From a virus (Duplodnaviria; Caudoviricetes): DNA of 30,383 nucleotides. Where the stretch lies: IMG/VR virus record IMGVR_UViG_3300036987_000270, positions 1-30,383 of that record; one strand, written 5' to 3'. Shown here one piece after another: positions 15,861 through 23,500 of this stretch. The notes beneath the pieces are model-generated. The model did not search any database and was not told the origin of the DNA. It worked only from the letters and a program-made list of their open reading frames with translations. The position numbers and the translations under genes were made by a program. The stretch's first letter is position 1. Every line of letters begins with the position of its first letter.

Positions 15861-16003
15861 CTTGTTCCGTAACGCTCCGGCTCCCGCCCCCCGCCTCGAT
15901 CCCCTATATTGCATCCTACAAATGATGGCCCGGACAGCCATCCATTTTTTCCTTCTGTGGGTTGGGGGCAGGTTTCGCGCCTGCCCCCTCTTTGAGGTTT
16001 GCC

Positions 16004-16510
16004 ATGCACCGTGATCTTTCACCGGCGGTAACGCTGATCAAATCATTCGAGGGCATCGAGGACGGCGACCCCACTACGGTCAACCTGGATCCCTATCTCT
16101 GTCCGGCAGGTTACTGGACCATCGGCTGGGGCCACGTGGTGCTTGATGCCGATGGCACCCAGGTCAGAGGTGCCGGAAATCGCCGCAAGGCCCGGTCCAT
16201 CTACCCGCACGGCATCACCATGGCCGAGGCGGAGGCCCTGCTGGCCGACGATATTCGTCCTCGGCGGGCCGCTATAGAGCGATTGTTAAAGGTACCGCTT
16301 TCCGATAACCAGTTTTGCGCTTTACTGGACCTGGCATACAACATCGGCCTCGGGGACTTCGCTCATTCCACACTGTTGCGGGACGTGAACAACGGTGCTT
16401 TCAGCAAAGTTCCGGCGCAGTTCATGCGGTGGACCAAAGCCAAAGGCAGGGAGATGGCCGGGCTGAAACGACGCCGCGAGGCAGAGGTGGCGCTGTGGCA
16501 AACCCTATAA
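16004..16510 (+). CDS. Endolysin, GH24 phage lysozyme
   Basis: IKSFEG...PYLCPAGYWTIGWGH...NQFCALLDLAYNIG...STLLR...GLKRRREAE. Confidence 0.95.
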   Translation: MHRDLSPAVTLIKSFEGIEDGDPTTVNLDPYLCPAGYWTIGWGHVVLDADGTQVRGAGNRRKARSIYPHGITMAEAEALLADDIRPRRAAIERLLKVPLSDNQFCALLDLAYNIGLGDFAHSTLLRDVNNGAFSKVPAQFMRWTKAKGREMAGLKRRREAEVALWQTL

Positions 16511-16530
16511 CGGCATCAGCGGGAGCCAAG

Positions 16531-16749
16531 ATGAAAAAACGAGGGCGACCCCGCAAGGTCCAACTGGAGCCCCAGGCGTGCCCCCACGCACCGAAGAAAC
16601 GGGGTCGGCCTTGCAAGGTTAAGCCGGAGGCCCTGGAGAGCGTTCCCACGCGGGAGCATAGGAACGAGGGGCAACCGGATCGAATGGCCTTGCTGATGGG
16701 GGTGCATGCGGAATGGCAGAGAAAACGATCTCAAGAGGTGCAACCATGA
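16531..16749 (+). CDS. Small basic protein with two AT-hook motifs
   Basis: GGGAG RBS; KKRGRPRK and KKRGRPCK; ATGA overlap with the next gene. Confidence 0.65.
   Translation: MKKRGRPRKVQLEPQACPHAPKKRGRPCKVKPEALESVPTREHRNEGQPDRMALLMGVHAEWQRKRSQEVQP
16641..16668. repeat. REP-like palindrome, copy 2 (inside a CDS)
   Basis: CGTTCCCACGCGGGAGCATAGGAACGAG, similar to 4574-4600. Confidence 0.65.
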
Positions 16750-16979
16750 AGAGAATTTTCGCCAATCTGGTCCTGGCGGCTCTGCTCGGCGGCTGCGGCA
16801 CCACTATAAAAAATCAATACACCGTCACCGGCGATCGCAACACCTTCCGCTGCGACAGCGCCGCCGGGCAAGACAAGGTGATCAGCCCGAGCCTCGGGGC
16901 CTCGATGTCGGCGACCGCGGCGGCCTCGCAGCAGGGAGACGCCACCAACAGCGGTAGCTCGGAGTCCAGCGCGCAATGA
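16746..16979 (+). CDS. Small lipoprotein in the lysis region (possible spanin-like component)
   Basis: MKRIFANLVLAALLGG-C lipobox; GAGGTG RBS. Confidence 0.8.
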   Translation: MKRIFANLVLAALLGGCGTTIKNQYTVTGDRNTFRCDSAAGQDKVISPSLGASMSATAAASQQGDATNSGSSESSAQ

Positions 16980-17425
16980 TCAAAACTTTTGACGCAAAAA
17001 TTGCCCTTGATCCGAAACAGATCGTCTACCAGAGCGGCTACAAGTACCAGCTGAGAGAGTCGTATTGCTGCGCGGTCCAGATCTTTCCGGAACAGGACAT
17101 CGTTACCGAGTTCATCAGCCTCAGCACTGCCGGCAGGTTGGAGATCAAGAGCGGCTACGCTTGGGACGGCCCGAGCGGCCCGACCATCGACACTAAAGAT
17201 TTCATGCGCGGATCGCTGGTGCATGATGCCCTGTATCAGCTCATGAGGGAAGGATGGCTTGATTACAGCGTGTGGCGTGCCCCCGCAGACCTGGAGCTAA
17301 AACGAATCTGCCGGGAAGATGGAATGAACACTGTAAGGGCCTTTTTTGTTCACAGAGCAGTTTCCCGGCACGGTGAGCGGTGCGCTGATCCGCGATCGAT
17401 CAAGCCTCTCATAACCGCACCTTAA
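16976..17425 (+). CDS. DUF1353-like protein
   Basis: GYAWDGPS...GSLVHDALY...R..AD..L motif. Confidence 0.8.
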   Translation: MIKTFDAKIALDPKQIVYQSGYKYQLRESYCCAVQIFPEQDIVTEFISLSTAGRLEIKSGYAWDGPSGPTIDTKDFMRGSLVHDALYQLMREGWLDYSVWRAPADLELKRICREDGMNTVRAFFVHRAVSRHGERCADPRSIKPLITAP

Positions 17426-17439
17426 CCTGGCGAGAAATA

Positions 17440-17655
17440 GTGGACGATGCGGATATTGCCCAGCGCAACCGGGAATGCCTCGAAGGCCTGCAGCTGCGGG
17501 CCAGGCTGGAGGCCATGCCCTGCGGCGAGGCGGCGGAAGAATGTGAAGACTGCGGCAAGCCGATCCCGGAGACGCGGCGGCAGGCGGCCCCGGGTTGCAC
17601 CCGGTGTATCGGCTGTCAACAACGGTTTGAACGACGATTAAAGGAGCGGCGGTGA
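17440..17655 (+). CDS. TraR/DksA C4-type zinc-finger protein
   Basis: DDADIAQ...CEDCGKPIPETRRQAAPGCTRCIGCQ. Confidence 0.9.
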   Translation: MDDADIAQRNRECLEGLQLRARLEAMPCGEAAEECEDCGKPIPETRRQAAPGCTRCIGCQQRFERRLKERR

Positions 17656-17990
17656 TTGTGCCCATCAACTGGCAGGCGGTGGCCTGGCTGACCGGACTCG
17701 CCCTGGCCTGGACCGGATTCCTGGTCGGGATCATCCGCTGGCTGCTGGGCCGCGAGATTAAAAGCCTGGAAGAACGGTTGGCGGCGGCCTCGGCGGCGGC
17801 CAAGGAAGCATCATCCAAACTGAATCAGCATCGAGAGGAATACCTCAAGTTTTTGGGAACCCTGCCGCTGGACTACTACCGCAGGGAAGACATGATCCGC
17901 TTTGAGACCATTACCCATGCCAAGCTGGACGCATTGGCGGATATCTTTCTACGACTGGAGTGCAATAAATGCAAAATCAAGCCCCAATGA
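17652..17990 (+). CDS. Membrane-anchored coiled-coil protein (Mu gp25-like position)
   Basis: N-terminal TM helix then coiled coil, LPLDYYRRED; AAGGAG RBS. Confidence 0.75.
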   Translation: MIVPINWQAVAWLTGLALAWTGFLVGIIRWLLGREIKSLEERLAAASAAAKEASSKLNQHREEYLKFLGTLPLDYYRREDMIRFETITHAKLDALADIFLRLECNKCKIKPQ

Positions 17991-18292
17991 TCGACCCCGA
18001 GAAGGCCCGTCGGGAGAACCTGCGCTGGTTCATCCTCCTCACCCTTAATGCGGCCCGACCGCTGGGGACCTCCGAGGCGGTGATGCTCTCCACGGTGCGA
18101 GGAATTATCCCGGACTGTACCAGTCGCGAGTTGCGCAACGAACTCAAATACCTGGAGTGCCGGGAGCTGGTGATCATCAAGGGGATAGATAGTCCCTGCT
18201 GGCATGCCGAGCTCACCCGGATCGGCGTCGACCTGGTCGAATACACCGTGCCCTGCGAGGCAGGCATCGCCCGCCCCGAGAAGTACTGGTAA
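17987..18292 (+). CDS. Mu gp26-like winged-helix protein
   Basis: RRENLRWFILLTL...ELRNELKYLECRELV...AELTRIGVDLVE...GIARP. Confidence 0.85.
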   Translation: MIDPEKARRENLRWFILLTLNAARPLGTSEAVMLSTVRGIIPDCTSRELRNELKYLECRELVIIKGIDSPCWHAELTRIGVDLVEYTVPCEAGIARPEKYW

Positions 18293-18296
18293 CCCC

Positions 18297-18803
18297 ATGC
18301 CGCCCAAGAACAAGGTCTATACCCTGCCGGAACCGATCCGGGTCTGGCTCGACCAGACCCTGGCCGCCAATGGCGGGCAGCAGTTCGCGGCCCTGGAAGC
18401 GGAGCTCTCGGCCAAAGGGTTCAAGATCTCCGACTCGGCCCTGCAGCGCTACCATGCCACTGACTTAGGCCCCAGGCTGAAGGCCCTCAAGCTCGCCACC
18501 GAGAGCGCCCGCACCGTGGCGGCCGCCATGGGCGAGAACGACGGCACCATGCTGGAGGCCCTGACCGGGCTCTGTCAGGAGCGGCTGTTCAACCTGCTGC
18601 TGGAGGTCGATACCGAAAACATCGACGGCACCATCCTCAGCAAGCTGGCCCGGGCGATCAGCAACCTGGCCACCGCCTCGATCAACGTCAAGAAGCATGT
18701 TGCCGATGCCCGGGCGAAGACCGCCAAGGACGTGGCCGAGATGGCGCGGACCATGACCCCGCAACAACTGCAGGCGGAGATCAAGAAGGTCTATGGGATC
18801 TGA
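18297..18803 (+). CDS. DUF3486 / Mu gp27-like protein (putative terminase small subunit)
   Basis: MPPKNKVYTLPEPIRVWLD...GFKISDSALQRY...IKKVYGI; directly upstream of the terminase. Confidence 0.85.
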   Translation: MPPKNKVYTLPEPIRVWLDQTLAANGGQQFAALEAELSAKGFKISDSALQRYHATDLGPRLKALKLATESARTVAAAMGENDGTMLEALTGLCQERLFNLLLEVDTENIDGTILSKLARAISNLATASINVKKHVADARAKTAKDVAEMARTMTPQQLQAEIKKVYGI

Positions 18804-20130
18804 ACTCTTCTACCCTTATCAGCAACGGTGGGTGGCCAATCCCAGCCGCTTCAAGATCGGCATGTTCGCCCGCCAGACCGGCAAGACGTTCACCACCACC
18901 TTCGAGGTGGCCAGCGATTGCCAGCTGGCGGACCTGGGCGGCAAGAGGGCTCGCTGGGTGATCCTCAGCCGGGGCGAGCGCCAGGCCAAGGAGGCCATTG
19001 AAGAGGGCGTCAAGCGCCACTGCCAGGCCCTGGGATCGCTGGTCCGCAGCTACGAGCAGGACTACAAAACCGACGGCGCCACCTACCGCAGCCTGGAAGT
19101 CGAGTTCCCCAACGGCTCGAAGATTACCGCCCTGCCCGCTAATCCGGACACGGCCCGGGGATTCTCCGCCAACGTCTTCCTCGACGAGTTCGGCTTCCAC
19201 CAGGACAGCCGCAAGATATGGACCGCCCTTTTCCCGGTGATCAGCGCCGGCCACAAGCTGCGGGTGGTGAGCACGCCCAACGGCAAGGGCAACAAGTTTT
19301 TCGATCTGATGACGGGCGTGGATGACATCTGGTACCGCCAGACCACCGACATCTACCAGGCGGTGGCCGATGGCCTGCCCCGGGATATCGAAGAGCTGCG
19401 TGCCGCCCTGGGCGATGAAGACGCCTGGGCACAGGAATATGAATTGAAATGGCTGGACGAGGCCTCGGCCTGGCTCAGCTTTGAGTTGATCAGCAGCTGC
19501 GAGGATGACCTGGCCGGACGGCCCGAGCTCTACAGCGGCGGCCCCTGCTACGTCGGGGTCGATATCGGCGCCCGCAACGATCTCTTTGTGATCTGGGTGG
19601 ATGAGCTGGTGGGCGATGTCGCCTGGTGTCGCGAGATCATTGCCCGCAAACGGATCAGCTTTGCCGAACAGGATGCCTTGCTCGAAGAGGTCTTTCAGCG
19701 GTACCGGGTGCTCCGCTGCTGCATGGATCAGACCGGCATGGGCGAGAAGCCGGTCCAGGATGCGCAGCGCCGCTACGGCTCCAGGGCCGAGGGCGTGCTC
19801 TTTACCGGCCCCAACAAGCTGATCATGGCCACGCTCGGCAAGGAACAGTTCGAGGACCGCAAGTGCCGGATCGCCATGGGCGACAAGGATCTGCGGGCCG
19901 ATCTCCACAAGCTGAAGAAGGTGACAGGCCCCACCGGAGCCCCCCGCTTTGTCGCCGAGAGCGACAGCAGCGGCCATGCCGACCGGACCTGGGCCAAGTT
20001 CCTGGCGGCCAATGCGGCGGCCTCGCCCACCTTTGACCCGGTGATCCAATCCACCGGCCAGGTGCGGGCCTCGGCGGGACAGGCAGACTTTACCGGCACT
20101 GCCGGCAGACGGGACACCCAGGGGTACTAG
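18793..20130 (+). CDS. terL: Terminase large subunit (Mu gp28-like)
   Basis: YPYQQRW, ARQTGKT, VFLDEFGF, VSTPNG, YVGVDIG, DQTGMG, HADRTWA. Confidence 0.96.
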   Translation: MGSELFYPYQQRWVANPSRFKIGMFARQTGKTFTTTFEVASDCQLADLGGKRARWVILSRGERQAKEAIEEGVKRHCQALGSLVRSYEQDYKTDGATYRSLEVEFPNGSKITALPANPDTARGFSANVFLDEFGFHQDSRKIWTALFPVISAGHKLRVVSTPNGKGNKFFDLMTGVDDIWYRQTTDIYQAVADGLPRDIEELRAALGDEDAWAQEYELKWLDEASAWLSFELISSCEDDLAGRPELYSGGPCYVGVDIGARNDLFVIWVDELVGDVAWCREIIARKRISFAEQDALLEEVFQRYRVLRCCMDQTGMGEKPVQDAQRRYGSRAEGVLFTGPNKLIMATLGKEQFEDRKCRIAMGDKDLRADLHKLKKVTGPTGAPRFVAESDSSGHADRTWAKFLAANAAASPTFDPVIQSTGQVRASAGQADFTGTAGRRDTQGY

Positions 20131-21597
20131 ATGACACTGAACAAAGATCTGCGCCAAGAGATCGCCACCATCGCCAAGGACCCGACAGTGGCCCTGTATG
20201 GCGGGGTCCTGAGCAATCAGGATGACACCCTCCTCTCTCGCGGCGGCGGCAAGGGTCTCAAAATCTACGACGAGATCGAGCGGGACTGCCACGCCTTCGC
20301 CGTCCTCCAGAAACGCAAGCTGGCCATCATCGCCCGTGAATGGCAGCTGTTGCCCGCATCGGAGAGCGCCCTCGATAAAAAGGCGGCGGAGCTGGTAGAG
20401 CGGCAGTTGCACAATCTCCGCTTTGACCAGGTCTGCGTCAAGCTGCTGGACGCCACCCTCAAGGGGTACAGCGTCGCCGAGATCCTGTGGGGCTATGACG
20501 GCGCGGAGATCGTGGCCAGGCGGGTCAAGGTAAAACCGCAACGTCGATTCATCTTCGATGAAGATCAGCAGGCCCGCCTGCTCACCCCGGTCGACCAGGT
20601 CAAAGGCGAGCAGTTGCCGCCGCGAAAGTTCATCGTCCATCGCTGCGGCGAGAAGGACGACGACAACCCATACGGGCTGGGGCTGGGGCACAAGCTCTTC
20701 TGGCCGGTGTTCTTCAAAAAGCAGGACCTCACCTTCTGGCTGACCTTTGTCGACAAGTTCGCCGCGCCGACGGCCGTGGGTGAATACCCCAACGGCACCA
20801 GCGAGGCGGACCAGAAAAAACTGTTGGCCTCGTTGTCGACGATTGCTTCCGAGGCCGGAATCATCGTCCCCCAGGGGATGGTGGTCAAGCTGCTGGAGGC
20901 GGCGCGCTCCGGCTCCATCGACACCTATGAGCGGCTGGCCCGGTACCTGGATGAGCAGATCAGCGAATGCGTGCTGGGGGAGACGCTCTCCACCAATATC
21001 GGCAACTCCGGGAGCCTGGCCGCGTCCAAAACCCATAACGAGGTGCGGCTGGAGTTGGCCAAAGGTGACTCGGATCTGCTCAGCGACACCCTCAACGAGA
21101 CCCTGATCCGCTGGATCGTGGAGTTGAACCTGCCGGGCGCCAAGCCGCCCCAGCTGTGGCGGGACTTTGCCGAGGGCGATGATCTCAAGGTCCGCTCCGA
21201 GAGGGACAAGAACCTGGTGGAGATGGGATTTGAGCCGGACCTGAAATACATCAACGAGACCTACGGCGGCAAGTGGACCAAGAAAGCAAAGCCTGCCCAG
21301 CCGCAACAGCCGGCCCCAGGGGAGCCGTTACCGGCGCAGTTTGCGGAGGCGGAGGTCGACACCGTCGACCAATTGACCGAGCAGCTGCTGGCCGAATCCG
21401 ACGGATCCGACATGGTGGCGGCGGTCTACCGGCTGCTGGAGGAATGCGGCAGCCTGGACGAAGCCCAGGAAAAACTGCTCGATCTCTATGAGCGGGTGCC
21501 AATCGACAAAACCGGCCAATCCCTGGGAGATCGTCTGTTTCAGGCGGAGCTGACCGGTCGGGCCGAGATCCTTGACCGCACCGAGGCGGACCAGTGA
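20131..21597 (+). CDS. Portal protein (DUF935 / Mu gp29-like)
   Basis: IYDEIERDCH...LQKRKLAI...KGYSVAEILW...NPYGLGL...FVDKFAAP...VLGETLST...THNEVR. Confidence 0.94.
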   Translation: MTLNKDLRQEIATIAKDPTVALYGGVLSNQDDTLLSRGGGKGLKIYDEIERDCHAFAVLQKRKLAIIAREWQLLPASESALDKKAAELVERQLHNLRFDQVCVKLLDATLKGYSVAEILWGYDGAEIVARRVKVKPQRRFIFDEDQQARLLTPVDQVKGEQLPPRKFIVHRCGEKDDDNPYGLGLGHKLFWPVFFKKQDLTFWLTFVDKFAAPTAVGEYPNGTSEADQKKLLASLSTIASEAGIIVPQGMVVKLLEAARSGSIDTYERLARYLDEQISECVLGETLSTNIGNSGSLAASKTHNEVRLELAKGDSDLLSDTLNETLIRWIVELNLPGAKPPQLWRDFAEGDDLKVRSERDKNLVEMGFEPDLKYINETYGGKWTKKAKPAQPQQPAPGEPLPAQFAEAEVDTVDQLTEQLLAESDGSDMVAAVYRLLEECGSLDEAQEKLLDLYERVPIDKTGQSLGDRLFQAELTGRAEILDRTEADQ

Positions 21598-22790
21598 CCG
21601 CCGAATACGGCAGCCTGCCCTTTGACACTGCGGAGCGATTCTTCCGCGACAAGGTCAACATCCCCACCAAATGCTGGGATGACCTCAAGAAGGGAGAGCA
21701 TGCCCGGGGCTTCATGATCGCCGGGGCGCAGCGCGATGACCTGTTGTGCGACTTCCACGGGGCACTGCGCAAGGCGATCGAACAGGGCACCACCCTGGAA
21801 GAATTCCGCCGGGACTTCGACGGCATCGTCGGCCGCCACGGCTGGAGCTACAAAGGCGGCCGGGGCTGGCGGACGCGGGTGATCTATGACACCAACCTGC
21901 GCGCCTCCTACATGGCCGGACGCTACCAGCAGATGACCGACCCGGATGTCCTGGCCTACCGGCCCAACTGGCGCTATCGCCACGGCGACAGCCGCCGGCC
22001 CCGACGAGAGCATCTCGCCTGGAACGGGATGGTGCTCAGGCATGACGATCCGTTCTGGTCGACCCACTACCCGCCCAACGGCTGGGGCTGCAAGTGTTCG
22101 GTGGAGCCTTTATCGGATCGGGATCTGGGGCGGATGGGCAAGAGCGGCCCGGACACGGCGCCACCCTCGGTGATCGATCCTCAGACCGGCGCGCCGGTGG
22201 GGATCGACAAGGGCTGGGATTACAACATCGGCGAGGCGGCATTCGGCAAGCAGCTGTCGGCCAAGGCCATGGATGATTGGCAAGCGCAGGGCGCGAAGGC
22301 CTGGGAGAAATTGACGCCCGGGGATTGGAGCAGCCGGAACCGGCCGGAGCGCATCCCGGCCGACAGACCCAAGGCGAGTATCGGCCCCAAGCTGACGTCT
22401 ATTCCCGAGGCGGTCAAGGCCTTGACCCAAATCATGGGCAGCGGGGAGCGGATCTATACCCTGCCCTCCGGCGGACGGGTGCTGGTAAATGCCGAGAGCC
22501 TGGCCAGCCATATCGATCTGGACCGCACCCCCTTTCTACCGTTGCTGCCGGAGGTCCTGGAAGCCCCGTATGAAGCATGGCTCTCCTTTGAACAGCACAA
22601 GGGCACCGGCAAGGTGGTGCTGCGGCAGCGGCTGATCAAGATGCTGCAGCTGGATAAGGATCGAGGGCTGCTGTTGACGGCACAAGCCAAGAACGGGGTA
22701 CTGGAGGCGTGGACGATGGTGCCCACTTCGGACCGGAAATATCTGAACAAGCAGCGAACAGGGAAGCTTTTATGGGGAAGGGAAGAGTAG
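21594..22790 (+). CDS. MuF (Mu gp30) head morphogenesis protein with C-terminal PBECR2-like nuclease domain
   Basis: IYDTNLRASYMAGR, RPRREHLAWNG, HYPPNGWGCKCSV, GIDKGWDYN; extension R..FLPLLPEVLEAPYEAW...RQRLIK...YLNKQRTGKLLW. Confidence 0.9.
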   Translation: MTAEYGSLPFDTAERFFRDKVNIPTKCWDDLKKGEHARGFMIAGAQRDDLLCDFHGALRKAIEQGTTLEEFRRDFDGIVGRHGWSYKGGRGWRTRVIYDTNLRASYMAGRYQQMTDPDVLAYRPNWRYRHGDSRRPRREHLAWNGMVLRHDDPFWSTHYPPNGWGCKCSVEPLSDRDLGRMGKSGPDTAPPSVIDPQTGAPVGIDKGWDYNIGEAAFGKQLSAKAMDDWQAQGAKAWEKLTPGDWSSRNRPERIPADRPKASIGPKLTSIPEAVKALTQIMGSGERIYTLPSGGRVLVNAESLASHIDLDRTPFLPLLPEVLEAPYEAWLSFEQHKGTGKVVLRQRLIKMLQLDKDRGLLLTAQAKNGVLEAWTMVPTSDRKYLNKQRTGKLLWGREE

Positions 22791-22791
22791 A

Positions 22792-22869
22792 GGGGGCCCT
22801 CACTCTCTCCGCAGCAGAGCGGGCGCCCGGTGTCGATTATCGGGGCTGCGGCCCAATCGTCACCATCGT
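22792..22869 (-). ncRNA. Candidate kissing-loop small RNA convergent with the MuF nuclease gene
   Basis: Two hairpins with perfectly complementary 7-nt loops (22809-22815 and 22845-22851); minus-strand promoter immediately upstream. Confidence 0.65.
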
Positions 22870-22875
22870 CTCTAT

Positions 22876-22904
22876 AAAATAGCGCAACCAGCAGAGATTG
22901 TCAA
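22876..22904 (-). promoter_or_regulatory. sigma70-type promoter on the minus strand
   Basis: TTGACA (22904-22899), 17 nt, TATTTT (22881-22876). Confidence 0.72.
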
Positions 22905-23363
22905 ATGGCCGGAGCCTTCACCCTTATCGCCAAGATCGATGAACGCGAGGTCGTCGCGGCCCTGGATCGCCTGCGGCAGCGGGCTGAGCGGATGGCACCT
23001 GCCTTCAAGAATATCGGCGAGGAGCTGCAGCGCTCCACCCAGGAGCGTTTCGGCAGGCAGGTCGACCCGGAGGGCCGCCCCTGGCAGGAGCTCAAGGCTT
23101 CCACCCAGGCGGCCAAGGCCAAGCGAGGGCAGAGCAGCAAGATCTTGCGGCAGCGCGGCTACCTGGCCGACACCATCCGCTACCAGGTCAACGGCGGCGG
23201 CTTGCGGATCGGCACTAACAGGATATACGGCGCCATCCACCAGCTGGGGGGCAAAGCGGGCCGAGGGCGAAAGGCTGAGATCCCGGCTCGACCGTTCCTC
23301 GGCATCTCCGCGCAGGACCGTGAGCGGATCCTAGAGATCGTGACCGATTTTCTCGAAATGTAG
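22905..23363 (+). CDS. Virion morphogenesis protein (Mu gpG/gp31, tail-completion S family)
   Basis: IGEELQRSTQERF..QVDPEGRPW...KILRQRGYL...IGTNRIYGAIHQLGG...IPARPFLGIS. Confidence 0.93.
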   Translation: MAGAFTLIAKIDEREVVAALDRLRQRAERMAPAFKNIGEELQRSTQERFGRQVDPEGRPWQELKASTQAAKAKRGQSSKILRQRGYLADTIRYQVNGGGLRIGTNRIYGAIHQLGGKAGRGRKAEIPARPFLGISAQDRERILEIVTDFLEM

Positions 23364-23500
23364 GGGTTCCGCTGGCGAGCTCCAAAACGGCCCTCATTTG
23401 CAAAAACAAGGTGACACGTCCCGAAGGCAGGGCGGTACCTGGCCGGACGAATACAGGGAATTTTAAAGAGAGTTTAAAGGCATACCCGAGGGAGGGGCGC

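Noticed and set aside
18781-21306. 841-aa minus-strand ORF
   Set aside because: Shadow of the terminase and portal genes; high GC codon bias removes antisense stops; no recognisable motifs
22792-22869. Post-MuF structure as tRNA, intrinsic terminator or known self-cleaving ribozyme
   Set aside because: No tRNA T-loop or cloverleaf, no U-tract directly after the stems, and no hammerhead core; kept as a novel RNA candidate
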